DNA of 64,000 nt. Source: Sedimentisphaerales bacterium (GTDB taxonomy: Bacteria; Planctomycetota; Phycisphaerae; Sedimentisphaerales; Anaerobacaceae). Below, piece after piece: positions 1 through 7,843 of the stretch; position 1 is the first letter of the stretch; every line of letters begins with the position of its first letter. Both the position numbers and the translations under genes were made by a program. The notes beneath the pieces are model-generated. The model saw only the letters and a list, made by a program, of their open reading frames with translations. It had not been told where the DNA came from and made no database searches. The DNA is taken from NCBI GenBank assembly GCA_963708075.1, contig OY970194.1, forward strand, positions 4,960,001-5,024,000. Direction: 5' to 3'.

Positions 1-56
1 TTGAGATCCGCAGAGGACTTCCATTTTACTTTCACACACACGGGCGCGGGCACAGG

Positions 57-85
57 TTGCTCTGCGGGGGCGGGGTTGGTAGAAT
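57..85 (+). promoter_or_regulatory. Putative sigma70 promoter of the DUF362 gene
   Basis: TTGCTC (57-62), 17-nt spacer, TAGAAT (80-85) with TGn extended -10. Confidence 0.4.
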
Positions 86-163
86 ATGGGCACGATGGTG
101 GGCACGGCCCGCTCCGGGTGTGAGCAGGTCCTGGTTGCACACGGGACAGATGAGGAGAAGTCT

Positions 164-1234
164 ATGTCAATCCATGCAAGCCCCTTCAATCGACGGGAAC
201 TGCTCAAGGGTCTGGGGGCCGCGGCGGCGTTCGCATCGCTGGGGCTGCGGCCGGGGCGGGTGCGGGCCGAGGGCGAGACACAAAATGCCGTCGGCACCGG
301 CGGGCGACTGTTTACGCCGTATGACAAGGCCTCGAAGGTCAGCATCGTCAAGGGCAACGACCGGCGGGAGATCGTGTTCCAGTCGCTCAAGAATATCGAG
401 AGCGAGGTCCTCGCGTCGATTGGGAATAAGAAGAAGATTCTGGTCAAGCCGAACTTTGTCTCGACCAATCGCCCGCTGGCCGCGAGCCATGCGGATGAAA
501 TCCGCGGCATCCTCGATTTCCTCAAGCCGCACTTCAAGGGCGAGATCATCGTCGGCGAATCCGCCCCCGGCAAGGGCGGCACGTTCGAAGGCTTCCAGAA
601 CTTCGGCTACATGCCCCTGGAGAAAGAGTACGGCATCAAGCTGGTGGACCTGAACAAGCAGCCGTGGGTGTACCGCTACGTGTTCGGCAAGGATCATCGC
701 CCGCTGCCCATTCGAATCATCTCGACGTTCATGGATCGCGACACGTACATCATCTCGGCGGCCAAGATGAAGACGCACGACCGGGCCATCACCACGCTGT
801 CGCTCAAGAATACGCTGATCGGCGCTCCGCTGAGCGACGGGCAGAAGAACGACAAGTGGCTGACGCACATGGAATACAATTTCACGCCGAAAGAGACGCT
901 GCACTTCAATATGTTCCATCTGGCCCAGGAGATCTGGCCGGACCTCGGCATCATCGACGGCTTCGAGGCGATGGAAGGCAACGGCCCGATCGGCGGCACA
1001 CCGGTCGATGCCAAGGTCGCACTGGCGAGCCTGGACCCGCTGGCGCTGGACACCCTGACGACCAGAATCATGGGCTTCGATACGTCGAAGATCATGTACC
1101 TGACGGCGATGGCCGAGGCGGGCATGGGCCAGGGCGACATGGCAAAGGTCCAGGTCGTCGGCACGCCGCTCGACCAGTGCCAGTACAAGTTCAAGCCGCA
1201 CGAGAAACTGATCGAGTCCTACGGATTGGGTTAG
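164..1234 (+). CDS. Tat-exported DUF362 family protein
   Basis: ATG164 after GAGGAG; NRRELLK twin-arginine signal; LVKPN, KMKTH, TLSLKN, IIDG..MEGNGP motifs. Confidence 0.85.
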   Translation: MSIHASPFNRRELLKGLGAAAAFASLGLRPGRVRAEGETQNAVGTGGRLFTPYDKASKVSIVKGNDRREIVFQSLKNIESEVLASIGNKKKILVKPNFVSTNRPLAASHADEIRGILDFLKPHFKGEIIVGESAPGKGGTFEGFQNFGYMPLEKEYGIKLVDLNKQPWVYRYVFGKDHRPLPIRIISTFMDRDTYIISAAKMKTHDRAITTLSLKNTLIGAPLSDGQKNDKWLTHMEYNFTPKETLHFNMFHLAQEIWPDLGIIDGFEAMEGNGPIGGTPVDAKVALASLDPLALDTLTTRIMGFDTSKIMYLTAMAEAGMGQGDMAKVQVVGTPLDQCQYKFKPHEKLIESYGLG

Positions 1235-1262
1235 ACGCAAGAAAGGGTGGTATCGCCAAAAG

Positions 1263-1342
1263 GGGTGCCATGCTTACGCTTGCGTAAGCATGTTTTGCAT
1301 CGCATTGACGAACATGTCTACGCAAGCGTAGACATGGCACCC
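1263..1342. repeat. REP-doublet (REPIN-like) element, GGGTGCCATG family, copy 1
   Basis: GGGTGC-CATGCTTACGC-TT-GCGTAAGCATG, 20-nt spacer, CATGTCTACGC-AA-GCGTAGACATG-GCACCC; copies at 4039 and 62614. Confidence 0.9.
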
Positions 1343-1377
1343 GGCGCAGCCGCAGGGACGGCAATGCGGGGGGTCGG

Positions 1378-3873
1378 ATGCACACGATGGATATACGGAG
1401 AATCCTGAAATCCGATTTCGTTCGTCTCGGTGCTCTGATGGGGCTGTGCCTGGCCCTCGGCCTCTATCTGATCGCCACGACGGTACTGATCTCCAAGGAC
1501 GGGGTCTTCTACATCGGTCAGGCTCAAGCTTTCCCTCGCGATCCGCTGGGCGTGGCGCAGAGGCACCCGCCGGGGTACCCGGCCCTGCTGTCGATCGCCC
1601 ATGCGACGACCGGCCTGTTCTCCGCGAGCGACTCGGTTCTGTCGTGGGTCCACGTCTCGCAAAGCGTCACGTTGCTATGCCGGGCGCTGGCACTGGTTCC
1701 GCTGTACTTCCTGGGAAAGTCGCTGATCGGCGGGGCAAGGGCCTTCTGGGCGATTCTGATTCTCCTCGTGCTGCCCTACCCTGCGCAGTACGGCAGCGAC
1801 GTGCTGCGGGACTGGCCCTATGTGTTCTTCCTGAGCCTCGGCTTCTGGCTCTTGTACCAGGCGTTGCGACGGCGGGTCTGGTGGCTCTTTGCCCTGGTGG
1901 GGCTCGACGCCGCTGCGGGGTACTCGATCCAGCCGGCCTGCGCCCAACTGATCCTTTATGGTCTGCTCGGCCTTGCGGTTGGGCTTCGCCCAGACGCAAA
2001 ATATTGCGTCTCTACAGGAAACCGGCCGCTGTGGCGGGGGTCGCTGATGGCTGCCGTTCTACTCGTCGCCGGCTTCGCAGGACCCGTGCTGCCCTTTGCC
2101 TTCGCGACCGGCACGTTGATTCCGCACCAGTTGAGGCCGGCGACATTCAACTCACCTCCTGTGATCATCTCCGTCGGCGGCAAGGGGGCGAGCAGGGATC
2201 CACTGGAATTCGAAGTCCGTGAGGGCGAGCTCCTGGAGGTCGAAATCGAGGCTTCCGACGCACAGGGCGACAATCTGACGTTCTCGCTGGCCTCTGTCCC
2301 GATGGGATCACGGCCGGTCTACCAATCCCGGCCGGCTGCCGGCGGCGATTGCTTCATGACCATCTCGGAAGATGAGAGGAGCGCGCTGCTGGAAATGCAC
2401 CCTCCAGTCGTGCCCAACTATGACGGCATCATCTATTACGCTTACACGCGGGCAGATGCATGCCCCGGCCTGGAGCCCGTGCATCGCCTCTGGTCGCCCG
2501 TCCTGCAGCGGCATTTCTACACGATCTACCCATCGGAGAAGGACGCTGTCCTCGCGGAATCGCCGAAAGACACATGGACATACGAGGGTATCGCGTTCTA
2601 CGCATTTGCCGAAGGCCGCCAACCGCCCGAGGCCGTGCCTGTCCATCGGTTCTCCAGCGAGCAGACAGGACACTCGTGGGCGATCACAGGGAAAATAGGG
2701 ACAGGGAAAATAGGGACAGGGAAAATAGGGACTGTCCCTAATAAGTCTAAGTCGGCGGCGGGTGATCCGGTAGCATGGTATGTCCACGTGGCGAACCAAC
2801 CCCCTGCCGGCATGTCTATGCAGGACAGTACTCTCCGTTGGCAGCCCGGCCCCGGCCAGCGCGGCGAGTGTCAGATCAACATCATCATCAGCGACGGCAG
2901 CATGGAAAGCTGCCAGCTCGTGAAGATAAGGGTCGTTCAGCCCGAGGTGGCATCGTCAGACCCGCTCGTAGGGTGGGTCCTTGACCCACGCGGTCATTCG
3001 AGCGAGACCTTCCCTGACGCGTGGGTTGAGAACCCACCCTACACTTTGCTGCCAGGTGTTCTTTCGTATGCCCTTACGGGCACACTACAAACCGGATCTC
3101 CCGCGTTGGCGCTCCCTGCCGCAATTCCGCATTCCGCACTCCGCACTCCGCACTCGGCATACGCCGGCGTGGGCAGGTTGCCGGGGGCGGTGGACAGGCT
3201 CTTTGACAAGTTTGCCGAGAGCCTGATGGTGTTCTTTCTCGTGCCCTGGTGCGTGGGACTCTATTACCGCATGCGGCACGAGGCGGACCGGCTGGAGCGG
3301 GTTCTGACGACGGCGGTGATCGCGGTGAATGTGGGACTGATCCTCGGCCGGTATGCGTGGGTCGCGCCCGCCATGGAAAGACGGTACTGCCTGGCTCTGG
3401 TCGCGCTGACGATCTTCTACGTGCCGGCGGGCCTGGAGCACATCGCTCTCTGGCTGAGCCGGCGGACCATCACGGCGGACCCATCAAGAGGACTTGCGAA
3501 CAAGCGCACCTCGACCTGGTTCCACGTCCTGGCACTGATCGGCATCGGCATCTGCCTTCCCAAGCTGTTGACGCCGCCGTACGCAGAGAAGGGTAGCTAC
3601 GTGAAGGCCATCCAGTGGCTGCGTGACAACACGCAGCCGGAGGACGTGACGGCCGTACCGGACAACCGGCTGACCTTCTACGCCCAGCGTCCCGGCCTCG
3701 TGTACCGCGATGAGCCGGACCCGCGACGAGCCGACTACATCGTAAGAATTCTCGATGCGGGCATGAAGGCGGCACCGCCGGCGGGCTGGTCCGAGGAGTA
3801 TTCCCTGCCCGTTGACAACCGACGGAACCGGACTCTCGTCATCTACAACACCCACCGCCGCAAGGGCTCCTGA
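1378..3873 (+). CDS. GT-C fold (ArnT/PMT-like) membrane glycosyltransferase with inserted Ig-like and HFYT-repeat domains
   Basis: TM1 followed by SKDGVFYI and HPPGYP, many TM segments, C-terminal RY..L and AIQWLRDNT..D..FYA; central Ig-like/HFYT module. Confidence 0.7.
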   Translation: MHTMDIRRILKSDFVRLGALMGLCLALGLYLIATTVLISKDGVFYIGQAQAFPRDPLGVAQRHPPGYPALLSIAHATTGLFSASDSVLSWVHVSQSVTLLCRALALVPLYFLGKSLIGGARAFWAILILLVLPYPAQYGSDVLRDWPYVFFLSLGFWLLYQALRRRVWWLFALVGLDAAAGYSIQPACAQLILYGLLGLAVGLRPDAKYCVSTGNRPLWRGSLMAAVLLVAGFAGPVLPFAFATGTLIPHQLRPATFNSPPVIISVGGKGASRDPLEFEVREGELLEVEIEASDAQGDNLTFSLASVPMGSRPVYQSRPAAGGDCFMTISEDERSALLEMHPPVVPNYDGIIYYAYTRADACPGLEPVHRLWSPVLQRHFYTIYPSEKDAVLAESPKDTWTYEGIAFYAFAEGRQPPEAVPVHRFSSEQTGHSWAITGKIGTGKIGTGKIGTVPNKSKSAAGDPVAWYVHVANQPPAGMSMQDSTLRWQPGPGQRGECQINIIISDGSMESCQLVKIRVVQPEVASSDPLVGWVLDPRGHSSETFPDAWVENPPYTLLPGVLSYALTGTLQTGSPALALPAAIPHSALRTPHSAYAGVGRLPGAVDRLFDKFAESLMVFFLVPWCVGLYYRMRHEADRLERVLTTAVIAVNVGLILGRYAWVAPAMERRYCLALVALTIFYVPAGLEHIALWLSRRTITADPSRGLANKRTSTWFHVLALIGIGICLPKLLTPPYAEKGSYVKAIQWLRDNTQPEDVTAVPDNRLTFYAQRPGLVYRDEPDPRRADYIVRILDAGMKAAPPAGWSEEYSLPVDNRRNRTLVIYNTHRRKGS
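1992..2015 (-). repeat. Single GTAG-type REP inside the CDS
   Basis: Reverse strand reads GTAG-AGACGCAA-TATT-TTGCGTCT (GTAG plus hairpin); translated as DAKYCVST. Confidence 0.65.
2686..2740 (+). repeat. 3 x 15-bp tandem repeat ending in the palindrome TAGGGACTGTCCCTA
   Basis: ACAGGGAAAATAGGG x3 then ACTGTCCCTA; encodes TGKIG x3 then TVP. Confidence 0.9.
2968..3042. repeat. GTAG-type REP doublet inserted in frame (75 bp)
   Basis: GTAGGGTGGGTCCTTGACCCACGCG ... CGCGTGGGTTGAGAACCCACCCTAC; 25 codons VGWVLDPR...WVENPPY. Confidence 0.85.
3124..3158 (+). repeat. Heptamer tandem array A(T/C)TCCGC x5
   Basis: attccgc attccgc actccgc actccgc actcggc; encodes IPHSALRTPHSA. Confidence 0.85.
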
Positions 3874-3900
3874 ACCTCCGATATTTACGCCTCTGTCCCC

Positions 3901-3974
3901 GGGCGGCATCGGTATCACGCAAATTCCAGACAGCCATCGGCAAGCTCCGAAGACTCCGCTTGCCGATGCCACCC
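3901..3974. repeat. Degenerate GGGTGGCA-family inverted-repeat element
   Basis: GGGCGGCATCGG ... CCATCGGCAAG ... GCTTGCCGATGCCACCC; right half matches elements at 7187 and 56835. Confidence 0.6.
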
Positions 3975-4038
3975 GGTATCTACCGGATTAGAATAGTCGG
4001 AATACTAGTGCCCCAGCTATCTCAACACTGGGGGTGGC

Positions 4039-4117
4039 GGGTGCCATGTCCGCGCCTGCGTAGACATGCTCCATTCGACGGACAAGACATGCTTACGCAA
4101 GCGTAAGCATGGCACCC
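4039..4117. repeat. REP-doublet element, GGGTGCCATG family, copy 2
   Basis: GGGTGCCATGTCCGCGCCTGCGTAGACATG, 19-nt spacer, CATGCTTACGCAAGCGTAAGCATGGCACCC. Confidence 0.9.
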
Positions 4118-4121
4118 GAGC

Positions 4122-5117
4122 CTATCCGGTTTCTTCCCGACACCAGCCGCGCACCGGCGCAGCGACTCGACAGGACAAGCGACGTCTGAATCCGTTGGCA
4201 CGGGTATCCATCGCAACGGTTGTCAGGGACTTACGGCCGGGGCGAAGCGTGGAGGGCAGGAGCCAGCGGGAAGAGAATACAGCTTTGACGAGGATCCCCG
4301 TGTAGATGAGAAGATTCGTCACGGACGAGCAGTCCGTGGCGAAGTGCTTCTTGTGGAAGAGGTACATGGCCCGATAGAACTCGTAGCCCGTCTTCCTGTT
4401 GTTCGTGCTGCAGCCGACGCCCTTATAATGGAGGATGTGGGCGTCGGGGTAGTACATCACCTTCCAGCCGGCCTTCTTGGCCCGGATGCACCAGTCGATA
4501 TCCTCGCCGTAAATCCAGAAGCTCTCATCGAGCAGGCCGATCTGATCGATCGCCCGGCGGCGGATGAGCAGGAAGGCCCCGGACACGGCATCGACCTCGT
4601 GGGTCTGCATCGGATCCAGGTAGGTCAGATTGTACCGGGCCATCACCCTGCTCCGGGGAAACAGCCGGCTCAGCCCGGTGAGTCGGAAGAACGCCACCGA
4701 CGGCGACGGGATGCTCCGCCGACAGGCGAGCTGCAGGGAGCCGTCCTCGTTGAGCACCTGACAGCCGGAGACGCCGACATCGGGCTGGGCGTCCATGAAC
4801 TGCACCATCTTGTCGATCGCGCCGTCCTCGATGAGCGTGTCGGGGTTCAGGAGCAGAACGTAATCCGACCGGCACCTGCGGATGGCCTGGTTGTTGGCCC
4901 GGGTGAAGCCGACGTTGTCATCGTTTTCGATGAGATGGACCTCGGGGAAGTTCTGCCTGAGCATCGGGACACTGTTGTCGCGGGAAGCATTGTCGATCAC
5001 CCAGATCTCGAAGCGGGCATGCCTCGTTTCCCTGTATATCGACTCGATACATTCCCTGAGCAGTCTCTCGACGTTGAAACTGATGATGATAATGGCGATT
5101 GTGGAATTGCTGGTCAT
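4122..5117 (-). CDS. Glycosyltransferase family 2 (WbbL/rhamnosyltransferase-like)
   Basis: VIDNASRD, NVGFTRANN, LLLNPD, SGAFLLIR, IYGEDIDWC. Confidence 0.9.
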   Translation of the reverse strand: MTSNSTIAIIIISFNVERLLRECIESIYRETRHARFEIWVIDNASRDNSVPMLRQNFPEVHLIENDDNVGFTRANNQAIRRCRSDYVLLLNPDTLIEDGAIDKMVQFMDAQPDVGVSGCQVLNEDGSLQLACRRSIPSPSVAFFRLTGLSRLFPRSRVMARYNLTYLDPMQTHEVDAVSGAFLLIRRRAIDQIGLLDESFWIYGEDIDWCIRAKKAGWKVMYYPDAHILHYKGVGCSTNNRKTGYEFYRAMYLFHKKHFATDCSSVTNLLIYTGILVKAVFSSRWLLPSTLRPGRKSLTTVAMDTRANGFRRRLSCRVAAPVRGWCREETG

Positions 5118-5138
5118 GCGTCCGTGCGTCCCTTTTCC

Positions 5139-6143
5139 TCAGAAGAGTCTCTTCTTCCACGTCTCCGGCGTCCTATCGTTGATGATTTCCAGCTCGATGT
5201 GGTATTTGAAAGGCCTGGGGCCCCGCCGGCGGATGTAGTCGGCGACGGCGGTCAGGCCGTCCCGCAGCTTGACGCGGGGCTCGTACTTCAGCAGCCGCCG
5301 TGCCTTGTCCGCCGAGCAGTTGGCACAAGTCACTTCCTGCGGCTTCTCCCTCACATAGACAGGCTTGACATCCACCCCTACGATGTCCTCGATGATGGCG
5401 GCCAGCTCATTGATCGTGATGCACTCATCGTCCGGCCCGATATTGATGACCTCGCCGTTGACGCAATCCTCGGTGGCCAGCTTCTTGAGCAGCTCCACGT
5501 CGTCCTGGACGAAGCTGAAGCATCGTTTCTGACTCCCGTCGCCGTAGATGATCGGCGGTTTGCCTTGCAGGATCAGGTTGATCATGATGCTCGCAACGTT
5601 GCGATAGGGATCGTCGTATTTCTGCCGCGGGCCAATGATGTTGTGCGGCACGGCGATAACGTATTCCATGCCGTGGATGGCCGCCAGGTTCCTCAGGAAC
5701 ATCTCCGAGCTGAGCTTGCCGATCCCGTAGGGGTCCTGGGGCCTGGGCGTCATGTCCTCCCTGAAGGGCGTTTCTTCCTGCGTGCCGTACCGCGCCATAC
5801 TGGAGCACAGGATGAATCGTCTCGCTTTGTTGGCGATGGAGGCGGTGATCATGGAGATGGAGGCCTGCACGATGTTCTTGGTCACATAGTACGGGCTGAA
5901 TATGCTCAGTCCTTCATAGGCCGCGGCGGCGCAGTGGTACACGACATCGCAGCCCCGGATGATTTTCGTCAGGGAGTTGTAGTCGTTGCAGTCGCAGTGG
6001 TGAAACTCGACGGCCGTGGCGACGTTGTCCAAGTAGCCCCCGATCAGACTGTCACAGCCGACGACCACGTGGTCGTCCGTCAGGAATGCGTCCGCCAGAT
6101 GACTGCCCAGGAACCCTGCCACACCGCTGATGAAGACTCTCAT
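5139..6143 (-). CDS. NAD-dependent epimerase/dehydratase
   Basis: GVAGFLG Rossmann motif; YGIGK catalytic motif; GDGSQKRCF. Confidence 0.9.
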   Translation of the reverse strand: MRVFISGVAGFLGSHLADAFLTDDHVVVGCDSLIGGYLDNVATAVEFHHCDCNDYNSLTKIIRGCDVVYHCAAAAYEGLSIFSPYYVTKNIVQASISMITASIANKARRFILCSSMARYGTQEETPFREDMTPRPQDPYGIGKLSSEMFLRNLAAIHGMEYVIAVPHNIIGPRQKYDDPYRNVASIMINLILQGKPPIIYGDGSQKRCFSFVQDDVELLKKLATEDCVNGEVINIGPDDECITINELAAIIEDIVGVDVKPVYVREKPQEVTCANCSADKARRLLKYEPRVKLRDGLTAVADYIRRRGPRPFKYHIELEIINDRTPETWKKRLF

Positions 6144-6203
6144 TCCTGCCCCCCGAGAACGACGGGACTGGCCCGCCTGTCACTCACCGCCCATCACCAT
6201 CCA

Positions 6204-7787
6204 TCATCGCCAGCTCAGGTACTTCTTGAAGTCCGCGTAGAGCACCCGGGGCGACCTCGTGTACTGGATGGTCCTTGCCCGGGCCCTGCTGACGAGCCGC
6301 CGGAAACTCTTGTTGTACGTATGGAACCTGTCTTTCATCTCCTGCTCCAGCGGCTCGAACTGCTCCGGCTCGATCGTCTCGACCTGGCGTCGAGAATCGG
6401 CCTTGTAGTAGTGATTCGGCGGCACTGCGTAAAACTCCCCCATACGCATGCTTGGTTTCACCAGGCCCCTGCGGATCCCTTCATGAAACATGACGGTCTC
6501 CGGAAACGGCTCATAGACTCCTATGGCGGCGAAGTCGGGCCTGACCTCGTACATCAAAGCAAGTGTTCTGCGAATGTCCTCTAGGCTTTCACCGGGGGTG
6601 CCTATGAGGAAATACCCCGTCCAGTGGATGCCCACCTTCCTGAAGAGGCGGGCCGCCGCATGGATCTGGTCGAGCGTGATCCGCTTGTTCATCCGTTCGA
6701 GCACCCGCTCGCTGCCGGATTCGATCCCCACCTTCACGCTGTTGCAGCCGGCCCGCTTCATAGTCCTGAGCATCTCCTCCGTCACCAGGTCCACGCGCGT
6801 ATTGCATTCCCAGCCGATGCGAAGCCCCTCGCGGGCCAGAGCGCCGCAGAACTCGGCGACCCGCTTCTTGTCCACGGTGAAGGAATCGTCCTTGAGCGTG
6901 AAGTGCACGGTGCCGAAGGTGTCTCTGACGTGGCGGATCTCGCGGAGGACGTGCTCGATGGAGCGGTACCGGACCTGCCGGTTGTCCGTGGCGCAGAATG
7001 TGCACGAGAACGGGCAGCCCCGGCTGGTCATGATCAGGCCCATGTCCTCGGGCGAGTACGTGGCGCGGTTCATCATCAGAGTCCGGTCAGGCGGAGCAAA
7101 GCCGTCGAGGTCTCTGATCTTATGCCGGAGGGGGTTATGGCGGATTGCTCCGCGCGTGCGAAATGATAAGCCGTCTATTACCTCAAGGGTGGCAGCGTCA
7201 AGCGCAGCTTGGCGATGGTCTTCCTGGGGTACGGCACGGCCATCGCCAAGGCCTTCGGCCTTGACGCTGCCACCCGACGAATCCGCAATCCGCAACCCGC
7301 AATCTGCAATTGCCCCGATCAGTTCCCGTGCCGTGATTTCTCCCTCGCCTCGCACTACGTAGTCGACGGCCGGGCAGATCGTCAGGACTTCTTCCGCTCT
7401 GACGGTAGCGTGCGGCCCGCCGACAATGACCGGACAAGCCGGGTGGACGGCCTTGCTGATCTCCGCAACGCGGAAGGCGGACGCGGCGTAGGCGGTGCAC
7501 ATCGTGATGCCGACCACGTCCGGTCGGGCCGCCGCGATGGTCTGCCGCACCTCCTTCCAGACGGGATTGTCCGGCTCGTGGAAGGAATCGAGGTACTTCC
7601 CGTGGTACCGTGTCAGACACGCGTTGCCGATGATCGATGGGTTCTCGTTGTAGTCGGCGTCATAGACAATCACCTCGTGGCCGGCGTCGCGAAGCGACGT
7701 CCCCACGCTCACCAGGCCGAGCGGAAAATACCGGTTATAGAAGCCGATCAGCCTGTAAAACGGCGGATCTATGAGAAGAACTTTCAC
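6204..7787 (-). CDS. Cobalamin-binding radical SAM protein
   Basis: PLGL..VG and GGPHAT B12-binding domain; SRGCPFSCTFC (CxxxCxxC); GIESGS; GTG start inferred at 7787. Confidence 0.9.
   Translation of the reverse strand: MKVLLIDPPFYRLIGFYNRYFPLGLVSVGTSLRDAGHEVIVYDADYNENPSIIGNACLTRYHGKYLDSFHEPDNPVWKEVRQTIAAARPDVVGITMCTAYAASAFRVAEISKAVHPACPVIVGGPHATVRAEEVLTICPAVDYVVRGEGEITARELIGAIADCGLRIADSSGGSVKAEGLGDGRAVPQEDHRQAALDAATLEVIDGLSFRTRGAIRHNPLRHKIRDLDGFAPPDRTLMMNRATYSPEDMGLIMTSRGCPFSCTFCATDNRQVRYRSIEHVLREIRHVRDTFGTVHFTLKDDSFTVDKKRVAEFCGALAREGLRIGWECNTRVDLVTEEMLRTMKRAGCNSVKVGIESGSERVLERMNKRITLDQIHAAARLFRKVGIHWTGYFLIGTPGESLEDIRRTLALMYEVRPDFAAIGVYEPFPETVMFHEGIRRGLVKPSMRMGEFYAVPPNHYYKADSRRQVETIEPEQFEPLEQEMKDRFHTYNKSFRRLVSRARARTIQYTRSPRVLYADFKKYLSWR
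7187..7275. repeat. GGGTGGCA-family inverted-repeat element inside the radical SAM CDS
   Basis: GGGTGGCAGCGTCAAG..CTTGGCGATGG ... CCATCGCCAAG..CTTGACGCTGCCACCC; intergenic sibling at 56835-56919. Confidence 0.85.
7280..7307 (+). repeat. AATCCGC heptamer array x4
   Basis: aatccgc aatccgc aacccgc aatctgc; read as IADCGLRIADS on the minus strand. Confidence 0.85.
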
Positions 7788-7843
7788 GGCCGCTCCTTCA
7801 CCCAAGTCTGTGGCCCGGGAGGAAATGCCACACGCTGTGCGGG

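Noticed and set aside
4344..6584. Long antisense ORFs (746 aa here; also 23920-25668, 36324-37970, 62551-63900)
   Set aside because: Shadow ORFs opposite well-supported genes in GC-rich DNA, with no motifs.
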